Under the pieces are notes generated by a model, which was not told where the DNA came from, searched no databases, and saw only the letters and a list, made by a program, of their open reading frames with translations. Positions 49,132 through 60,154 of a DNA stretch of 64,000 bases are shown here, piece after piece. This stretch comes from Patescibacteria group bacterium. Lineage in GTDB: Bacteria > Patescibacteriota > Patescibacteriia > JAHIZJ01. The translations under genes were made by a program, and so were the position numbers. How positions within the stretch are numbered: the stretch's first letter is position 1; every line of letters begins with the position of its first letter. Location of the stretch: assembly GCA_041650335.1 (NCBI GenBank), contig JBAZLK010000001.1:164940-228939 (forward strand). Reading direction: 5' to 3'.

Positions 49132-49249
49132 TCGTAAGAGTATTAAAATTAATCAGAAATACGCATCAATTCTACCACATTTCATTTATTTGTAAAGTTG
49201 AGGGATTATTGTATAATAGATACGCTAACTCGTCGTTTGTTGAATAATC

Positions 49250-50725
49250 ATGAAACGTAGACCAGTTATCGTTATCGGGAAAATACTTATTTTGCTTGTG
49301 CCAGTTTTTTTATTAGGCTGGGTGATTAATGTTAATGTCGCGCCGACGGGCCACGTGCGGATCGTCCAACACGTCGGCCAAGCGTCGCGGGGGGCGATCG
49401 AGCTGGAACCGGCGGCTCGCCTCAGCGATATCGATACAGGCAGCCGTCAGATTATTGATCAGCCGGTTTATTTTTCCATGAAAATGCCGCGATCCTTTGA
49501 GACGGCAAAGGTGACGCTGGAATATCAAAATCAAGACCAACCCTTGGTTGAGCTGGGTGTCCACCGCACGGTCGGCACCTATGATTATTTGTTAAAGCCC
49601 TTCGATGTCGGTCTTTTACGGAACAGCGAGTGGGATTTTTTGAGCGACAATACTCAGTCCTTGCTGCTGGCCCAGCGGAAAACGGCGATGGTAACAAAGT
49701 ATACGAGCATCCAAGAATTCACGAAAAACATTCCTCGCGATTCGATAACGGCGGAGTATAATATTGACTATAAAAAAGACTACCGTCTGCCCGATTATCA
49801 AAAATTGGACACCGAGCTGAACATAGCCACGTCGCTTCAAGGTCGTCACGTATTCTACGCGTATATTAAAGACGAGCCTCTCAACATAAACGTTGTCTAT
49901 CAAGACATAAATAAAAACGTCGGTCCCGATCGTTTTCATTTGAATATATATTATGGCGATACCCAACGTATTCAAAGCGTCGACCGTCCGGATGACGGCG
50001 AAGAGGGCGCGACCGGCGGTAGCTCGGCCGAGCAGTCCGTCGCGGTAAATATTCCGAATCTACCCGAGGGGATCTACCGACTGGAATTTGACATCAGCGA
50101 TGATCTTATTATAAAAAAAATACATACCACCCTGCATTATTTAGTCGTTGATCAGCGGATAAAAGTATTGGAAAATCAGAACAAAGAACCGGTACGTTTA
50201 TTTTCTCGAGCCGACAAATATACTGTTTTGCCCCTCTCATCGGCCGGTCGCCAAAGCGTATCCATCGATTCACAAGACATAGCACTGAACGATTCTGGGC
50301 TGCCAGCGGTCAGTCAGACCACTGGTGATCAAAAGAATAATTTACACACCATCGTCTTACCACAGGGGAACGCCATGCTCACGGCCAATGGCGCATTTTC
50401 CTTTACACCCGAAAGCTGTTTTTACCCGGCCAGTTTTCTGATAAACTTGGCAGACGTGACCGATTTCTCAGGAATTGATTATGTGTTGACAAAAGATTTT
50501 ACACCGCCGACTACGAATGGTGATTGGCTGACCGGCAGCCAAACGTTTGATCTCCGGAAGGCATATATATCCGACCGAACGACCAGGTTTGAAATCTCGG
50601 CGCCTGGTCTGGCCCAACGCGGCGCCGTTCTGAATGTACGGAAAATTACGATCGATCTCTACCGTCAGCCGATGAAGTGGCAGACATTATTAACTGATCT
50701 AAAAAATTACCTCAAGAAGATATAA
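49250..50725 (+). CDS. Hypothetical membrane-anchored extracellular protein
   Basis: 491 aa with an N-terminal TM and beta-rich body; TTGTAA..TATAAT upstream. Confidence 0.75.
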   Translation: MKRRPVIVIGKILILLVPVFLLGWVINVNVAPTGHVRIVQHVGQASRGAIELEPAARLSDIDTGSRQIIDQPVYFSMKMPRSFETAKVTLEYQNQDQPLVELGVHRTVGTYDYLLKPFDVGLLRNSEWDFLSDNTQSLLLAQRKTAMVTKYTSIQEFTKNIPRDSITAEYNIDYKKDYRLPDYQKLDTELNIATSLQGRHVFYAYIKDEPLNINVVYQDINKNVGPDRFHLNIYYGDTQRIQSVDRPDDGEEGATGGSSAEQSVAVNIPNLPEGIYRLEFDISDDLIIKKIHTTLHYLVVDQRIKVLENQNKEPVRLFSRADKYTVLPLSSAGRQSVSIDSQDIALNDSGLPAVSQTTGDQKNNLHTIVLPQGNAMLTANGAFSFTPESCFYPASFLINLADVTDFSGIDYVLTKDFTPPTTNGDWLTGSQTFDLRKAYISDRTTRFEISAPGLAQRGAVLNVRKITIDLYRQPMKWQTLLTDLKNYLKKI

Positions 50726-50729
50726 GAGC

Positions 50730-51095
50730 ATGACCGGGTCCGTCATAAAACAGCTTCTCGACTTTGCCTTTAAAGTAAGCGTCGTAACATACGGCCTCTT
50801 TTGGATGATTGAAATACTCGATCCGGGGCGGGTGAGCACGTTTTTTAACTTGGCGCCCTTTCTTATCGTGGTTGTCGGACTGGGTCTGTTGACGCTCTTT
50901 TTCCCGCGCGATGATTTCTCGCCGGACCAACCGATGAAAAGAAACAACACCTTTCTGGTGATTGTCGTAATTCTCGCCGCGGCTTTTGCGCTGCTGCAGA
51001 TTAAAAAGAACTATCTTGTTTTGCTCATCGGCGCTAGTTTCGTTATTATGCTTGTGGCGTATCTTTCAACCATTAAAAAGGAGAATACAACATGA
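50730..51095 (+). CDS. Small hypothetical membrane protein
   Basis: Four hydrophobic segments; its stop overlaps the rmlA start. Confidence 0.7.
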   Translation: MTGSVIKQLLDFAFKVSVVTYGLFWMIEILDPGRVSTFFNLAPFLIVVVGLGLLTLFFPRDDFSPDQPMKRNNTFLVIVVILAAAFALLQIKKNYLVLLIGASFVIMLVAYLSTIKKENTT

Positions 51096-51841
51096 AAGGA
51101 ATTATCCTTGCCGGAGGCACGGGATCACGTCTGGCTCCACTGACGCGAGTGACAAACAAACATTTGTTGCCCGTATTCAATCGGCCGATGATTTATTACC
51201 CGATTGCCACGTTGAAGAATGCTGGTATCACTGACATCCTCGTGGTATCCGGCCGGGGTCATGTCGGACACCTGCTGGAATTGCTCGGGTCTGGTCGAAG
51301 ATTCGGTGTGAAATTTTCCTATGAGGTGCAAGAAGAACCGGGCGGAATCGCCCAGGCGCTTGGTTTGGCTGAAGCGTACGTCGACAATGACAAGGTCGTG
51401 GTGATTTTGGGAGATAATATCATCGTTGATAATGTTGGAACGGCTGTGAAAGATTTTGAAAAGCAACCAAGCGGTGCGAAAATATTTCTGAAAGAAACGA
51501 AGTACCCGCAGTCGCTCGGCATCGCGGAAATTGACGGTGATCGCATTGTCAATATTGAAGAAAAGCCAAAAAAACCGAAATCAAATCTTGCAGTTATTGG
51601 TCTCTATATGTATGATAGCAGCGTTTTTAAGGTTGTGAAGACGCTGAAACCCTCGAAGCGCGGCGAACTAGAAATCACCGATGTTAATAACCATTTCATA
51701 AAAGAAAGCGTAATGACTTACAGCGTACTTCAGGGTTGGTGGGGCGACGGAGGAGAGTCATTTGAAAGTTTATTAGAGGCGGGTCAGCTTGTCGCTAATA
51801 CTATTAAAGAAACCGGCCATGATCCATGGTGTACAGATTAA
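51092..51841 (+). CDS. rfbA: Glucose-1-phosphate thymidylyltransferase (RmlA/SpsI type)
   Basis: MKGIILAGGTGSRL, NKHLLPV, LGDN, EEKP, RGELEITD. Confidence 0.92.
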   Translation: MKGIILAGGTGSRLAPLTRVTNKHLLPVFNRPMIYYPIATLKNAGITDILVVSGRGHVGHLLELLGSGRRFGVKFSYEVQEEPGGIAQALGLAEAYVDNDKVVVILGDNIIVDNVGTAVKDFEKQPSGAKIFLKETKYPQSLGIAEIDGDRIVNIEEKPKKPKSNLAVIGLYMYDSSVFKVVKTLKPSKRGELEITDVNNHFIKESVMTYSVLQGWWGDGGESFESLLEAGQLVANTIKETGHDPWCTD

Positions 51842-52304
51842 AACATTAACCGTTCATCAAGACATTCCTGATCGCGGGGAAGACTCGGGCAAAGCCGGCT
51901 TTCTGATGGAGGTATTGCGGGCGGATGACGGGCTTTTGAGCAAGTTTGGCCAAACGACGTTCACCGTGGCGAATAGGGGCGTGATTAAGGCCTTTCATTT
52001 CCACGAGCGCCAGGACGATCTCTGGTTTGCGGCGACCGGCAAGGCGATGATCGTTTTACACGATCTGCGTCCCGATTCGGCGACGAAAGGCGAGACCCAG
52101 GTTATCTTCGCTGGCCGTGACGATTACAAGCTGATTCTCATACCGATCGGCGTGGCTCATGGATATAAAGTGCTAAGCGCTGAGCCGGTGATGCTTTTTT
52201 ACCACACGACCGAAGCATATGATCCGAAAAATCCGGATGAAAAGCGCCTCCTGTATGATGACCCGAAGATTGGGTTTGACTGGAATAATGAAATTCAAAA
52301 TTAA
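51819..52304 (+). CDS. rfbC: dTDP-4-dehydrorhamnose 3,5-epimerase (RmlC/SpsL type)
   Basis: Cupin motifs IKAFHFH, LHDLRPDS, IPIGVAHGY, DDPKIGFDW. Confidence 0.88.
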   Translation: MIHGVQIKTLTVHQDIPDRGEDSGKAGFLMEVLRADDGLLSKFGQTTFTVANRGVIKAFHFHERQDDLWFAATGKAMIVLHDLRPDSATKGETQVIFAGRDDYKLILIPIGVAHGYKVLSAEPVMLFYHTTEAYDPKNPDEKRLLYDDPKIGFDWNNEIQN

Positions 52305-52385
52305 TAATTCAAAATTAAAAATGGAGGAGTCCGCTCGGCGGACGCATTAATTTTACATTTTACATTTTGAATTTTACATTTTTTA
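52289..52385. repeat. Heptamer-repeat imperfect palindrome with central GC hairpin (copy 1)
   Basis: Left arm TCAAAAT-TAATAAT-TCAAAAT-TAAAAAT, core GTCCGC-TCG-GCGGAC, right arm ATTTTAC-ATTTTAC-ATTTTGA-ATTTTAC. Confidence 0.8.
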
Positions 52386-52386
52386 T

Positions 52387-53331
52387 ATGAAAATCCTCGT
52401 TTCAGGCTCGCTCGCGTTCGACCGGATTATGGATTTCCCGGGCCGGTTTAAGGACTATATTTTACCCGAAAAAATTCACGTTTTAAGCGTGAGCTTTTTG
52501 GTGAATACGTTGCGCGAAAACTTCGGCGGCACGGCCGGTAACATTGCCTATAACTTGGCGCTCTTAAAAGAACAGCCGATTATTCTGGCAACGGCTGGCA
52601 AGGATTTTGCCCAGTATCGCGACTGGCTGAGAGAAAGAAACGTCACTACTGACCAAATCGTCCTGAACGAAGATTTCACCGCTTCAGCGAATATTATCAC
52701 CGATCTCGACAACAATCAGATCACCGGCTTTCATCCTGGCGCCATGAAACAGGCCAGTCGGGTGGATGTTGAAAAAATAAAAAACGCGGAAGGAGAACTT
52801 TTTGCGATTATTTGCGCGGGCAATGTGGAGGACATGATCTATTATGCCCGCGAATATCAGCGGCTGAACATCCCGTACATTTTCGATCCCGCCCAGCAAA
52901 TTCCCGCCCTGAAGTCCGACCAACTGAAATTTGCCGTCACCGGCGCCCGGGTGTTTATCGGCAATGATTATGAAATCGATCTGGTTTTAAAAGTAACGGG
53001 CGCAACCAAGCACGATATCTTGAAAAAAACCGAGCTGATTGTCACGACAAAAGGGGAGCATGGCTCATTGATCGAAACCGCTGATTCGAGCTATACTATC
53101 CCTATTGCCAAGCCGCGCGAAATTAAGGATCCGACCGGCGCGGGCGACGCCTACCGGGCGGGATTTATCAAAGGACTGCTCGGCCATTACTCGCTCGAAC
53201 AAGCCGGCCGGCTCGGTTCGGTGTCGGCGGTGTATCCGATCGAATACTACGGCACCCAACAACATACCTACACGAGTCGGGAATTCAGCGAGCGGTATAA
53301 AGAAAATTTTCGAGAGGAAATTCGTTTATAA
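52387..53331 (+). CDS. PfkB-family kinase, probably adenosine/nucleoside kinase
   Basis: SGSLAFDRIMDFPG, FGGTAGNIAY, GNDYE, DPTGAGDAYRAG; resembles bacterial adenosine kinases. Confidence 0.85.
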   Translation: MKILVSGSLAFDRIMDFPGRFKDYILPEKIHVLSVSFLVNTLRENFGGTAGNIAYNLALLKEQPIILATAGKDFAQYRDWLRERNVTTDQIVLNEDFTASANIITDLDNNQITGFHPGAMKQASRVDVEKIKNAEGELFAIICAGNVEDMIYYAREYQRLNIPYIFDPAQQIPALKSDQLKFAVTGARVFIGNDYEIDLVLKVTGATKHDILKKTELIVTTKGEHGSLIETADSSYTIPIAKPREIKDPTGAGDAYRAGFIKGLLGHYSLEQAGRLGSVSAVYPIEYYGTQQHTYTSREFSERYKENFREEIRL

Positions 53332-53349
53332 AAAAATAATTAAACATCG

Positions 53350-54156
53350 ATGCCAGCAAAAAAACGCCCCGCAACAAAAGTTTCAAAAAACCAAAAATTA
53401 CGTCGAGTAAATTTGTTATCAAGCGCTCTTGAATCAAAGAAGACGCATCGAACATCCTGGCCAGGGTACTCGCCGGTGGTCGGACTTTTTGTTATCGTGC
53501 TCGTTGCCTTGATCGTCGGGGCGGGGTTGTATTATCTCTCCACCAAGACGAAATCGACGAATACGAACAGCACGGTTGGATTGGAAACGAACAAAAACAT
53601 CAACGCCAATTCAAATTCCGTTGCCTGTACGATGGAAGCCAAGCTTTGTTCGGACGGCTCCTACGTCAGTCGAATCCCGCCGGACTGCCAATTTGCCGCC
53701 TGCCCGGGCGAGACAAACATGAATTTGAATAGCAATGCGAATGTGAATTCGAATACAAATAGCAATACAAACACCGCCGGCTGGCAGACATATATAAACC
53801 AGACCGGTGGGTACTCGATACAATACCCAGCCAATTGGATGATTGATACAACTCGGAATATCGGGCCGAACAGCGTTGTTTTTGAGGCCTCGGGCAGCGC
53901 GGGTGAAGCTGTTGAAGGGATAGAATTCGATGTAACCACAAAAACTCTTGACCAATGGGCGGCTGAATTTGAAACCGGTATTGTTGAAAGTGTTACCGCG
54001 ACAACGATTGATGGTAAGGTGGCCAAGAGGGTTGATACGACGGAGTTCGGCCAGGATTATATTGGCGTCCGCAATGGGGATAAATTGTACGTTTTTACCA
54101 GCAACGGTACAATGTTCACCAACGGCATGTTAAATACCTTTCAATTCACTCAGTAA
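53350..54156 (+). CDS. Membrane-anchored protein with a Cys motif, Asn-rich linkers and a PsbP-like C-terminal domain
   Basis: TM helix, CTMEAKLCSDGSYVSRIPPDCQFAACP, NxNx runs, WQTYIN..YSIQYPANW. Confidence 0.72.
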   Translation: MPAKKRPATKVSKNQKLRRVNLLSSALESKKTHRTSWPGYSPVVGLFVIVLVALIVGAGLYYLSTKTKSTNTNSTVGLETNKNINANSNSVACTMEAKLCSDGSYVSRIPPDCQFAACPGETNMNLNSNANVNSNTNSNTNTAGWQTYINQTGGYSIQYPANWMIDTTRNIGPNSVVFEASGSAGEAVEGIEFDVTTKTLDQWAAEFETGIVESVTATTIDGKVAKRVDTTEFGQDYIGVRNGDKLYVFTSNGTMFTNGMLNTFQFTQ

Positions 54157-54170
54157 ATCATTAATCATAA

Positions 54171-55436
<1,266 letters not shown>

Positions 55437-55440
55437 AGCA

Positions 55441-55534
55441 ATTAAAAAATTCAAAATTACAAATTAAAAATGTAGGAAAACGCCTAAGGCGGGAACAATA
55501 ATTTTGAGTTTTACATTTTGAATTCATAACTTGA
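55441..55534. repeat. Heptamer-repeat imperfect palindrome with central GC hairpin (copy 2)
   Basis: Left arm TCAAAAT-TACAAAT-TAAAAAT, core CGCC-TAA-GGCG, right arm ATTTTGA-GTTTTAC-ATTTTGA. Confidence 0.78.
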
Positions 55535-55542
55535 ATCAAGAT

Positions 55543-56817
55543 ATGTTAGAAAAAAGCAGGAGTATTGGTCTAGTTGGACTCGGCTATGTCGGTTTGCCGC
55601 TGGCCGTGTCGTTGGCGCGGCATTATCCGGTGGTCGGCTTTGATTTAAACGAGAAGAAAATTCAGCGTTTGCGCCAAGGAACGGATCCGAACAACGAATT
55701 GTCCGAGGCGGAACTGAACAGCGTTACGATCGACTATACGACAGATCCGGCCGCTCTCAAAAAGTGCAACTTTATCATAGTGGCCGTACCGACACCGATT
55801 ACAGCCGACAAAAAGCCTGACCTGACGCCTGTTGAATCCGCTTCTCGGCTTGTCGGCGCGAATATGTCGAAAGGCGCAATTGTCGTTTTCGAATCGACCG
55901 TCTATCCCGGGGTAACCGAAGAAATCTGCGTCCCGATTATCGAGCAAGAATCCGGTTTGAAATGCGGCCGGGACTGGAAAATCGGCTACAGCCCTGAGCG
56001 GGTCAATCCGGGGGACAAAGAACACACCATCGATAAGATTACGAAGGTTGTGAGTGGGATGGACGCCGAAACGTGCGATGCAGTCGCCGAGGTATACGGC
56101 TCATTTACCAAGATACATAAGGCGCCCAACATTAAAACCGCTGAAGCGGCGAAGGTGATCGAAAACATCCAACGCGACCTAAACATTGCCTTAATGAACG
56201 AACTAAGCCTGATTTTCGAAAAATTGGGCATCAAAACCAAAGACGTTTTGGCGGCCGCTTCAACCAAGTGGAATTTTCATGCCTATCGGCCGGGTTTGGT
56301 CGGCGGGCATTGCATTGGCGTCGATCCGTATTATCTGACCTATCGCGCTCAAGAGCTTGGCTACGAGCCGCAGGTGATCCTGGCCGGTCGGTCACTTAAT
56401 GATTCGATGCCGATTATCGTCGCCCAAAAGGTTCTGAGCCGATTGAGCGAGACGGGAAAAACCAAGCCAAAAATACAGGTCATGGGATTAACCTTTAAAG
56501 AAAACGTGAAGGACTCGCGGAACAGCAAAGCGCGCGAACTCATCCAAGAATTGAAAAAAAACAACGCGCAGGTGACCGGCTGGGATCCATTTCTTGATGA
56601 TGACGAAGTGAAAAAAGTATTCGACGTCGACAATCAACACCCGTTGGCTGGCGACGCTTTTGATGCGCTGATCGTTCTGTCTCCGCATCGGCAATTTCAC
56701 GACATTCCAATAAAAGATTTAGCCGAAAAAATGGCCGGCGGGGTTGTCTTCGATCTCACTGGGGTGTATCCGGCTGAGAAGGCTGAAGAACTCGGCTTAC
56801 GTTATCTCACATTGTAA
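55543..56817 (+). CDS. UDP-N-acetyl-hexosamine 6-dehydrogenase (WbpO/TviB-like)
   Basis: GLGYVGLPLA, FESTVYPG, YSPERVNPG, KVIENIQRD, GGHCIGVDPYY. Confidence 0.9.
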   Translation: MLEKSRSIGLVGLGYVGLPLAVSLARHYPVVGFDLNEKKIQRLRQGTDPNNELSEAELNSVTIDYTTDPAALKKCNFIIVAVPTPITADKKPDLTPVESASRLVGANMSKGAIVVFESTVYPGVTEEICVPIIEQESGLKCGRDWKIGYSPERVNPGDKEHTIDKITKVVSGMDAETCDAVAEVYGSFTKIHKAPNIKTAEAAKVIENIQRDLNIALMNELSLIFEKLGIKTKDVLAAASTKWNFHAYRPGLVGGHCIGVDPYYLTYRAQELGYEPQVILAGRSLNDSMPIIVAQKVLSRLSETGKTKPKIQVMGLTFKENVKDSRNSKARELIQELKKNNAQVTGWDPFLDDDEVKKVFDVDNQHPLAGDAFDALIVLSPHRQFHDIPIKDLAEKMAGGVVFDLTGVYPAEKAEELGLRYLTL

Positions 56818-56827
56818 TACATCGGAA

Positions 56828-57823
56828 ATGAAATTTCTCATCACCGGCGGGGCGGGCTTCATGGGCTCGAACTTCATCCGCTATCTGATCAATAATTACC
56901 CGGAATTTGAGGTGGTAAATTTTGATAAGCTTACCTATGCCGGGAATCTCGAGAATTTGCGCGACCTCGAACAAAATCCGCGCTATCAATTCATCAAGGG
57001 CGATATTGCTGATGAAGCGGCGGTTAACGCAATTATGGGGCAGGACATCGATACGGTCATTAATTTCGCGGCTGAAACCCACGTCGATCGGTCAATTTCC
57101 GGTCCGAAGAGCTTTATCGTAACGGATGTGCTCGGAACCTATACCTTGCTTGAGGCGGTGAAAAAACACGGGATAAAGAAGTATATCCAAATTTCGACCG
57201 ACGAGGTTTTTGGCTCGACGAACGAGGAATTCTCCGAGGATAGTCCGTTTGAGCCGAATAGCCCGTACTCAGCATCGAAGGCCGGGGGCGATCATTTAGT
57301 CCGGGCGTATTGGAAAACGTATGGCCTGCCGGTTATCGTCACGCACAGCTGCAATTTTTACGGCCCCTACCAATATCCGGAAAAGCTCATCCCGCTGTTT
57401 ATCACAAATCTGATCGAAGGCAAGAAAATTCCGGTTTATGGCGACGGACAAAACATCCGGGAATGGATCTACGTGCCCGACTATTGCCAGGCGCTTGACG
57501 TCATCCACCAGAAAGGCGAGCCTGGGGAGGTCTATAACATTGGCACGGGCGAGCGCTTTACCAATCTCGAAGTAACACAAATGATATTAGAGCAAATGGG
57601 CGTCGGCCAGGAAATGGTCGAATACGTCAAGGACCGGCCCGGCCACGACCGTCGCTATGCCATCAATGCCGAGAAACTGCGCGAACTCGGGTGGCAGCCG
57701 GATTGGAATTTTGAGCAGGCGCTGAAGGAAACGATTGAGTGGTATCAGGATCACCAGGACTGGTGGAAGAGGCTCAAGAGCGGGGAGTATTTGGAATACT
57801 ATAAAAAACAGTACGGCGCCTAA
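56828..57823 (+). CDS. rfbB: dTDP-glucose 4,6-dehydratase
   Basis: TGGAGFMG, DKLTYAGN, AAETHVDRS, STDEV, PYSASK, DRPGHDRRY. Confidence 0.95.
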   Translation: MKFLITGGAGFMGSNFIRYLINNYPEFEVVNFDKLTYAGNLENLRDLEQNPRYQFIKGDIADEAAVNAIMGQDIDTVINFAAETHVDRSISGPKSFIVTDVLGTYTLLEAVKKHGIKKYIQISTDEVFGSTNEEFSEDSPFEPNSPYSASKAGGDHLVRAYWKTYGLPVIVTHSCNFYGPYQYPEKLIPLFITNLIEGKKIPVYGDGQNIREWIYVPDYCQALDVIHQKGEPGEVYNIGTGERFTNLEVTQMILEQMGVGQEMVEYVKDRPGHDRRYAINAEKLRELGWQPDWNFEQALKETIEWYQDHQDWWKRLKSGEYLEYYKKQYGA

Positions 57824-57913
57824 AGAATCTGCGACCGTCTTTACAGTCACGGCGTGAATCGGTACACTATAAGCAGGCCAGTGCGCGGATAAAAATATTT
57901 AAAGGAATACCGC

Positions 57914-58744
57914 ATGAAGATTCTTATCGCTGGACACAAGGGCATGCTTGGCTCGGCGCTAGCCGACGTTTTTAAGGGTGAAGAACTTGTACTTTGGGAT
58001 TTGCCCGAGGTTGACGTGGCTGACGAATCGATACTTGACCAGATGGTAGCGGAAAATCCGGAATTAGTCATTAATGCTACCGGCTATACGGCTGTTGATT
58101 TGGCCGAGAAGAATAAGAAGGAGGCAAAAAAAGGCAATATTACGACGGTTGAAATGCTCGCTGAAGCTTGCGAGAAGATTAATTCGCCGCTTGTCCATTT
58201 CAGCACGGATTATGTCTTTGACGGCGAAACAAAGGGTGGTTACGAAGAGACCGCCGCGCCGAAACCGATCAGTTTCTATGGGAAAACGAAAGCCGAGGCC
58301 GAAAAAATTCTCAGAAAGAAAACAGACGAGATATTTCTTATCCGGACGTCCGGACTCTATGGTCCAAACGGGAAAAATTTCGTGGACGCGATTCTCGAAA
58401 AAGCCAAAACCGGCGCTCCGTTAGCAGTCGTAAATGACCAAATCTGCAAACCGACCTATTCGCTCGACCTGGCCAGGGCCGTCCGTGAGCTTGTCGAAAT
58501 GCAGCCAGAATACGGCACCTATCATCTTGTGAATGAAGGGGCGGTCAGCTGGTACGAATTTGCAAAAAAGATCGTTGAGCTCGCCCAGCTCAAGGTTGAC
58601 GTGAAGCCAATTAGTTCAAAAGAATACAAGGCGGCGGCAAAACGTCCGGCAAACTCGACGCTTTTGAACACGAAAATGAAACACCTCCGACCCTGGTCAG
58701 AGGCATTAGCCGATTATTTAGCCCGTAAGCTGTCGAAAGCTTAA
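57914..58744 (+). CDS. rfbD: dTDP-4-dehydrorhamnose reductase
   Basis: GHKGMLG, YTAVDLAE, STDYVFDG, YGKTK, VNDQ, AKRP. Confidence 0.93.
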   Translation: MKILIAGHKGMLGSALADVFKGEELVLWDLPEVDVADESILDQMVAENPELVINATGYTAVDLAEKNKKEAKKGNITTVEMLAEACEKINSPLVHFSTDYVFDGETKGGYEETAAPKPISFYGKTKAEAEKILRKKTDEIFLIRTSGLYGPNGKNFVDAILEKAKTGAPLAVVNDQICKPTYSLDLARAVRELVEMQPEYGTYHLVNEGAVSWYEFAKKIVELAQLKVDVKPISSKEYKAAAKRPANSTLLNTKMKHLRPWSEALADYLARKLSKA

Positions 58745-60066
58745 AATAGCAGCCGGCTCCATAAACGCGCGCGCTCATTCGTTTCCTGATAGAGCAGCAG
58801 ATTATCGGTCGTCAGGGTAAACCAGCCGCGCGCATTTGTTACGAGCGGAATAATGGTATACGTCGGGGCGTATTCGCTCAGCTCAAGCGCTTCGATTCGG
58901 TCAGCCCGGGAAAAGATCAGATAGGGGAGGTCGACGAGCTGAGTAACATAATGGATCGGGTCGCTGACGCGCTGGAGCAGCCGATGTTCGGCTGTTTTTG
59001 GGTCATAGCGCCAGATTTCGTTGTCGTTGTAGTAGATGAATTGTTCGACGTTCTTCAGCCAAAAGCCGTCTTTGGCCGCATTGTTTATTTTGGTTTGGCG
59101 AAAGGTTGAGTCTTGCGGTTCAATCAGATAAAATTCGTGCGCGTCCCCGTCGGCCAGAATGAGATGTTTGTTCTCCGTTGATAAGAGAGTATAGTTGTTA
59201 CTCGAGGGTAGGCGCGACAGCGGTTGATTCGTTTCAAGCGCGCTTGTGGATCGATAGAGATAGCTTGTTTGACCGTCATTCGTCAGGTAATACACGTCCA
59301 TGCCACGGACGAAGAATTGTGAGACGTTTTTTTGGGAGCAGGAAACGGTATTCTTTGTCAGTTGAACCTGACAGAGCTGACCGCTGTTTTGTCCAAGCAG
59401 CGTGTCGTGGTTCAGCCACTGGAGATTTGTTATTTCTTCCGGTAAATAGGTCAGCGGCATGCTCGAATCAGCCTGATTCGTTTTCACCAGCTCAAAAGAA
59501 CTGTCAACCTCAGACTGGGAGATGACGACCTGATCATATTGCGGGTCGGCTTCGATCGTAATAGTGCCTGGTCGGGTGACCAGCGTGGTAGCCGAGCCAT
59601 CACGAAGATTCAGGCGCTTTAGTTCGGTTGTCGTGTCCTGTTTCGTGATTGCCAGCAGTTGATCGTTGTTTGAGGTGTTTTTCAGTTGAATAATGTTCTC
59701 ATTTACCAAAAGCTGGCTGGTAGTATTGCGGAAGAGAATAATGCTGTATAAGACGCTCGCCCGGCTCGTGCGTACGGTAATTGTGTTCTGCCAGGGCAGG
59801 AAACCGTCTTTCACCAGCTTGATATCGTAGGTGCCAGGAAAGATGCCCGTCAGGATGGTCGGGGTTTTTTTCTCCTGATTGACGCCGTTCAGCCAGATTT
59901 CGGCCCCTTTCGGACGGGTATTCAGATTAATAACACTCGTTTTTATTAAACGCCGATGCGCCCAATCGAGCCGGTAGCCCGATGAATATAAAACCAAAAT
60001 AGGCGCGATCACGAAAAAAAAGAGTATAAAACTCAGATAGAGAAAACGACGATTATTTCTAGTCAT
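58741..60066 (-). CDS. PEGA domain-containing membrane-anchored protein
   Basis: N-terminal TM, TRPKGAEIWLNG..PGTYDIKLVKDGFLPW (PEGA), propeller-like C-terminus. Confidence 0.82.
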   Translation of the reverse strand: MTRNNRRFLYLSFILFFFVIAPILVLYSSGYRLDWAHRRLIKTSVINLNTRPKGAEIWLNGVNQEKKTPTILTGIFPGTYDIKLVKDGFLPWQNTITVRTSRASVLYSIILFRNTTSQLLVNENIIQLKNTSNNDQLLAITKQDTTTELKRLNLRDGSATTLVTRPGTITIEADPQYDQVVISQSEVDSSFELVKTNQADSSMPLTYLPEEITNLQWLNHDTLLGQNSGQLCQVQLTKNTVSCSQKNVSQFFVRGMDVYYLTNDGQTSYLYRSTSALETNQPLSRLPSSNNYTLLSTENKHLILADGDAHEFYLIEPQDSTFRQTKINNAAKDGFWLKNVEQFIYYNDNEIWRYDPKTAEHRLLQRVSDPIHYVTQLVDLPYLIFSRADRIEALELSEYAPTYTIIPLVTNARGWFTLTTDNLLLYQETNERARLWSRLLF

Positions 60067-60154
60067 TTTGACGTTTTTTCAATTCCCAGGTACAATGCAG
60101 TGTGATAGCTTCATCTATTCTACCAGTCTTCAGAGCACGTGACAATAACAAGCA

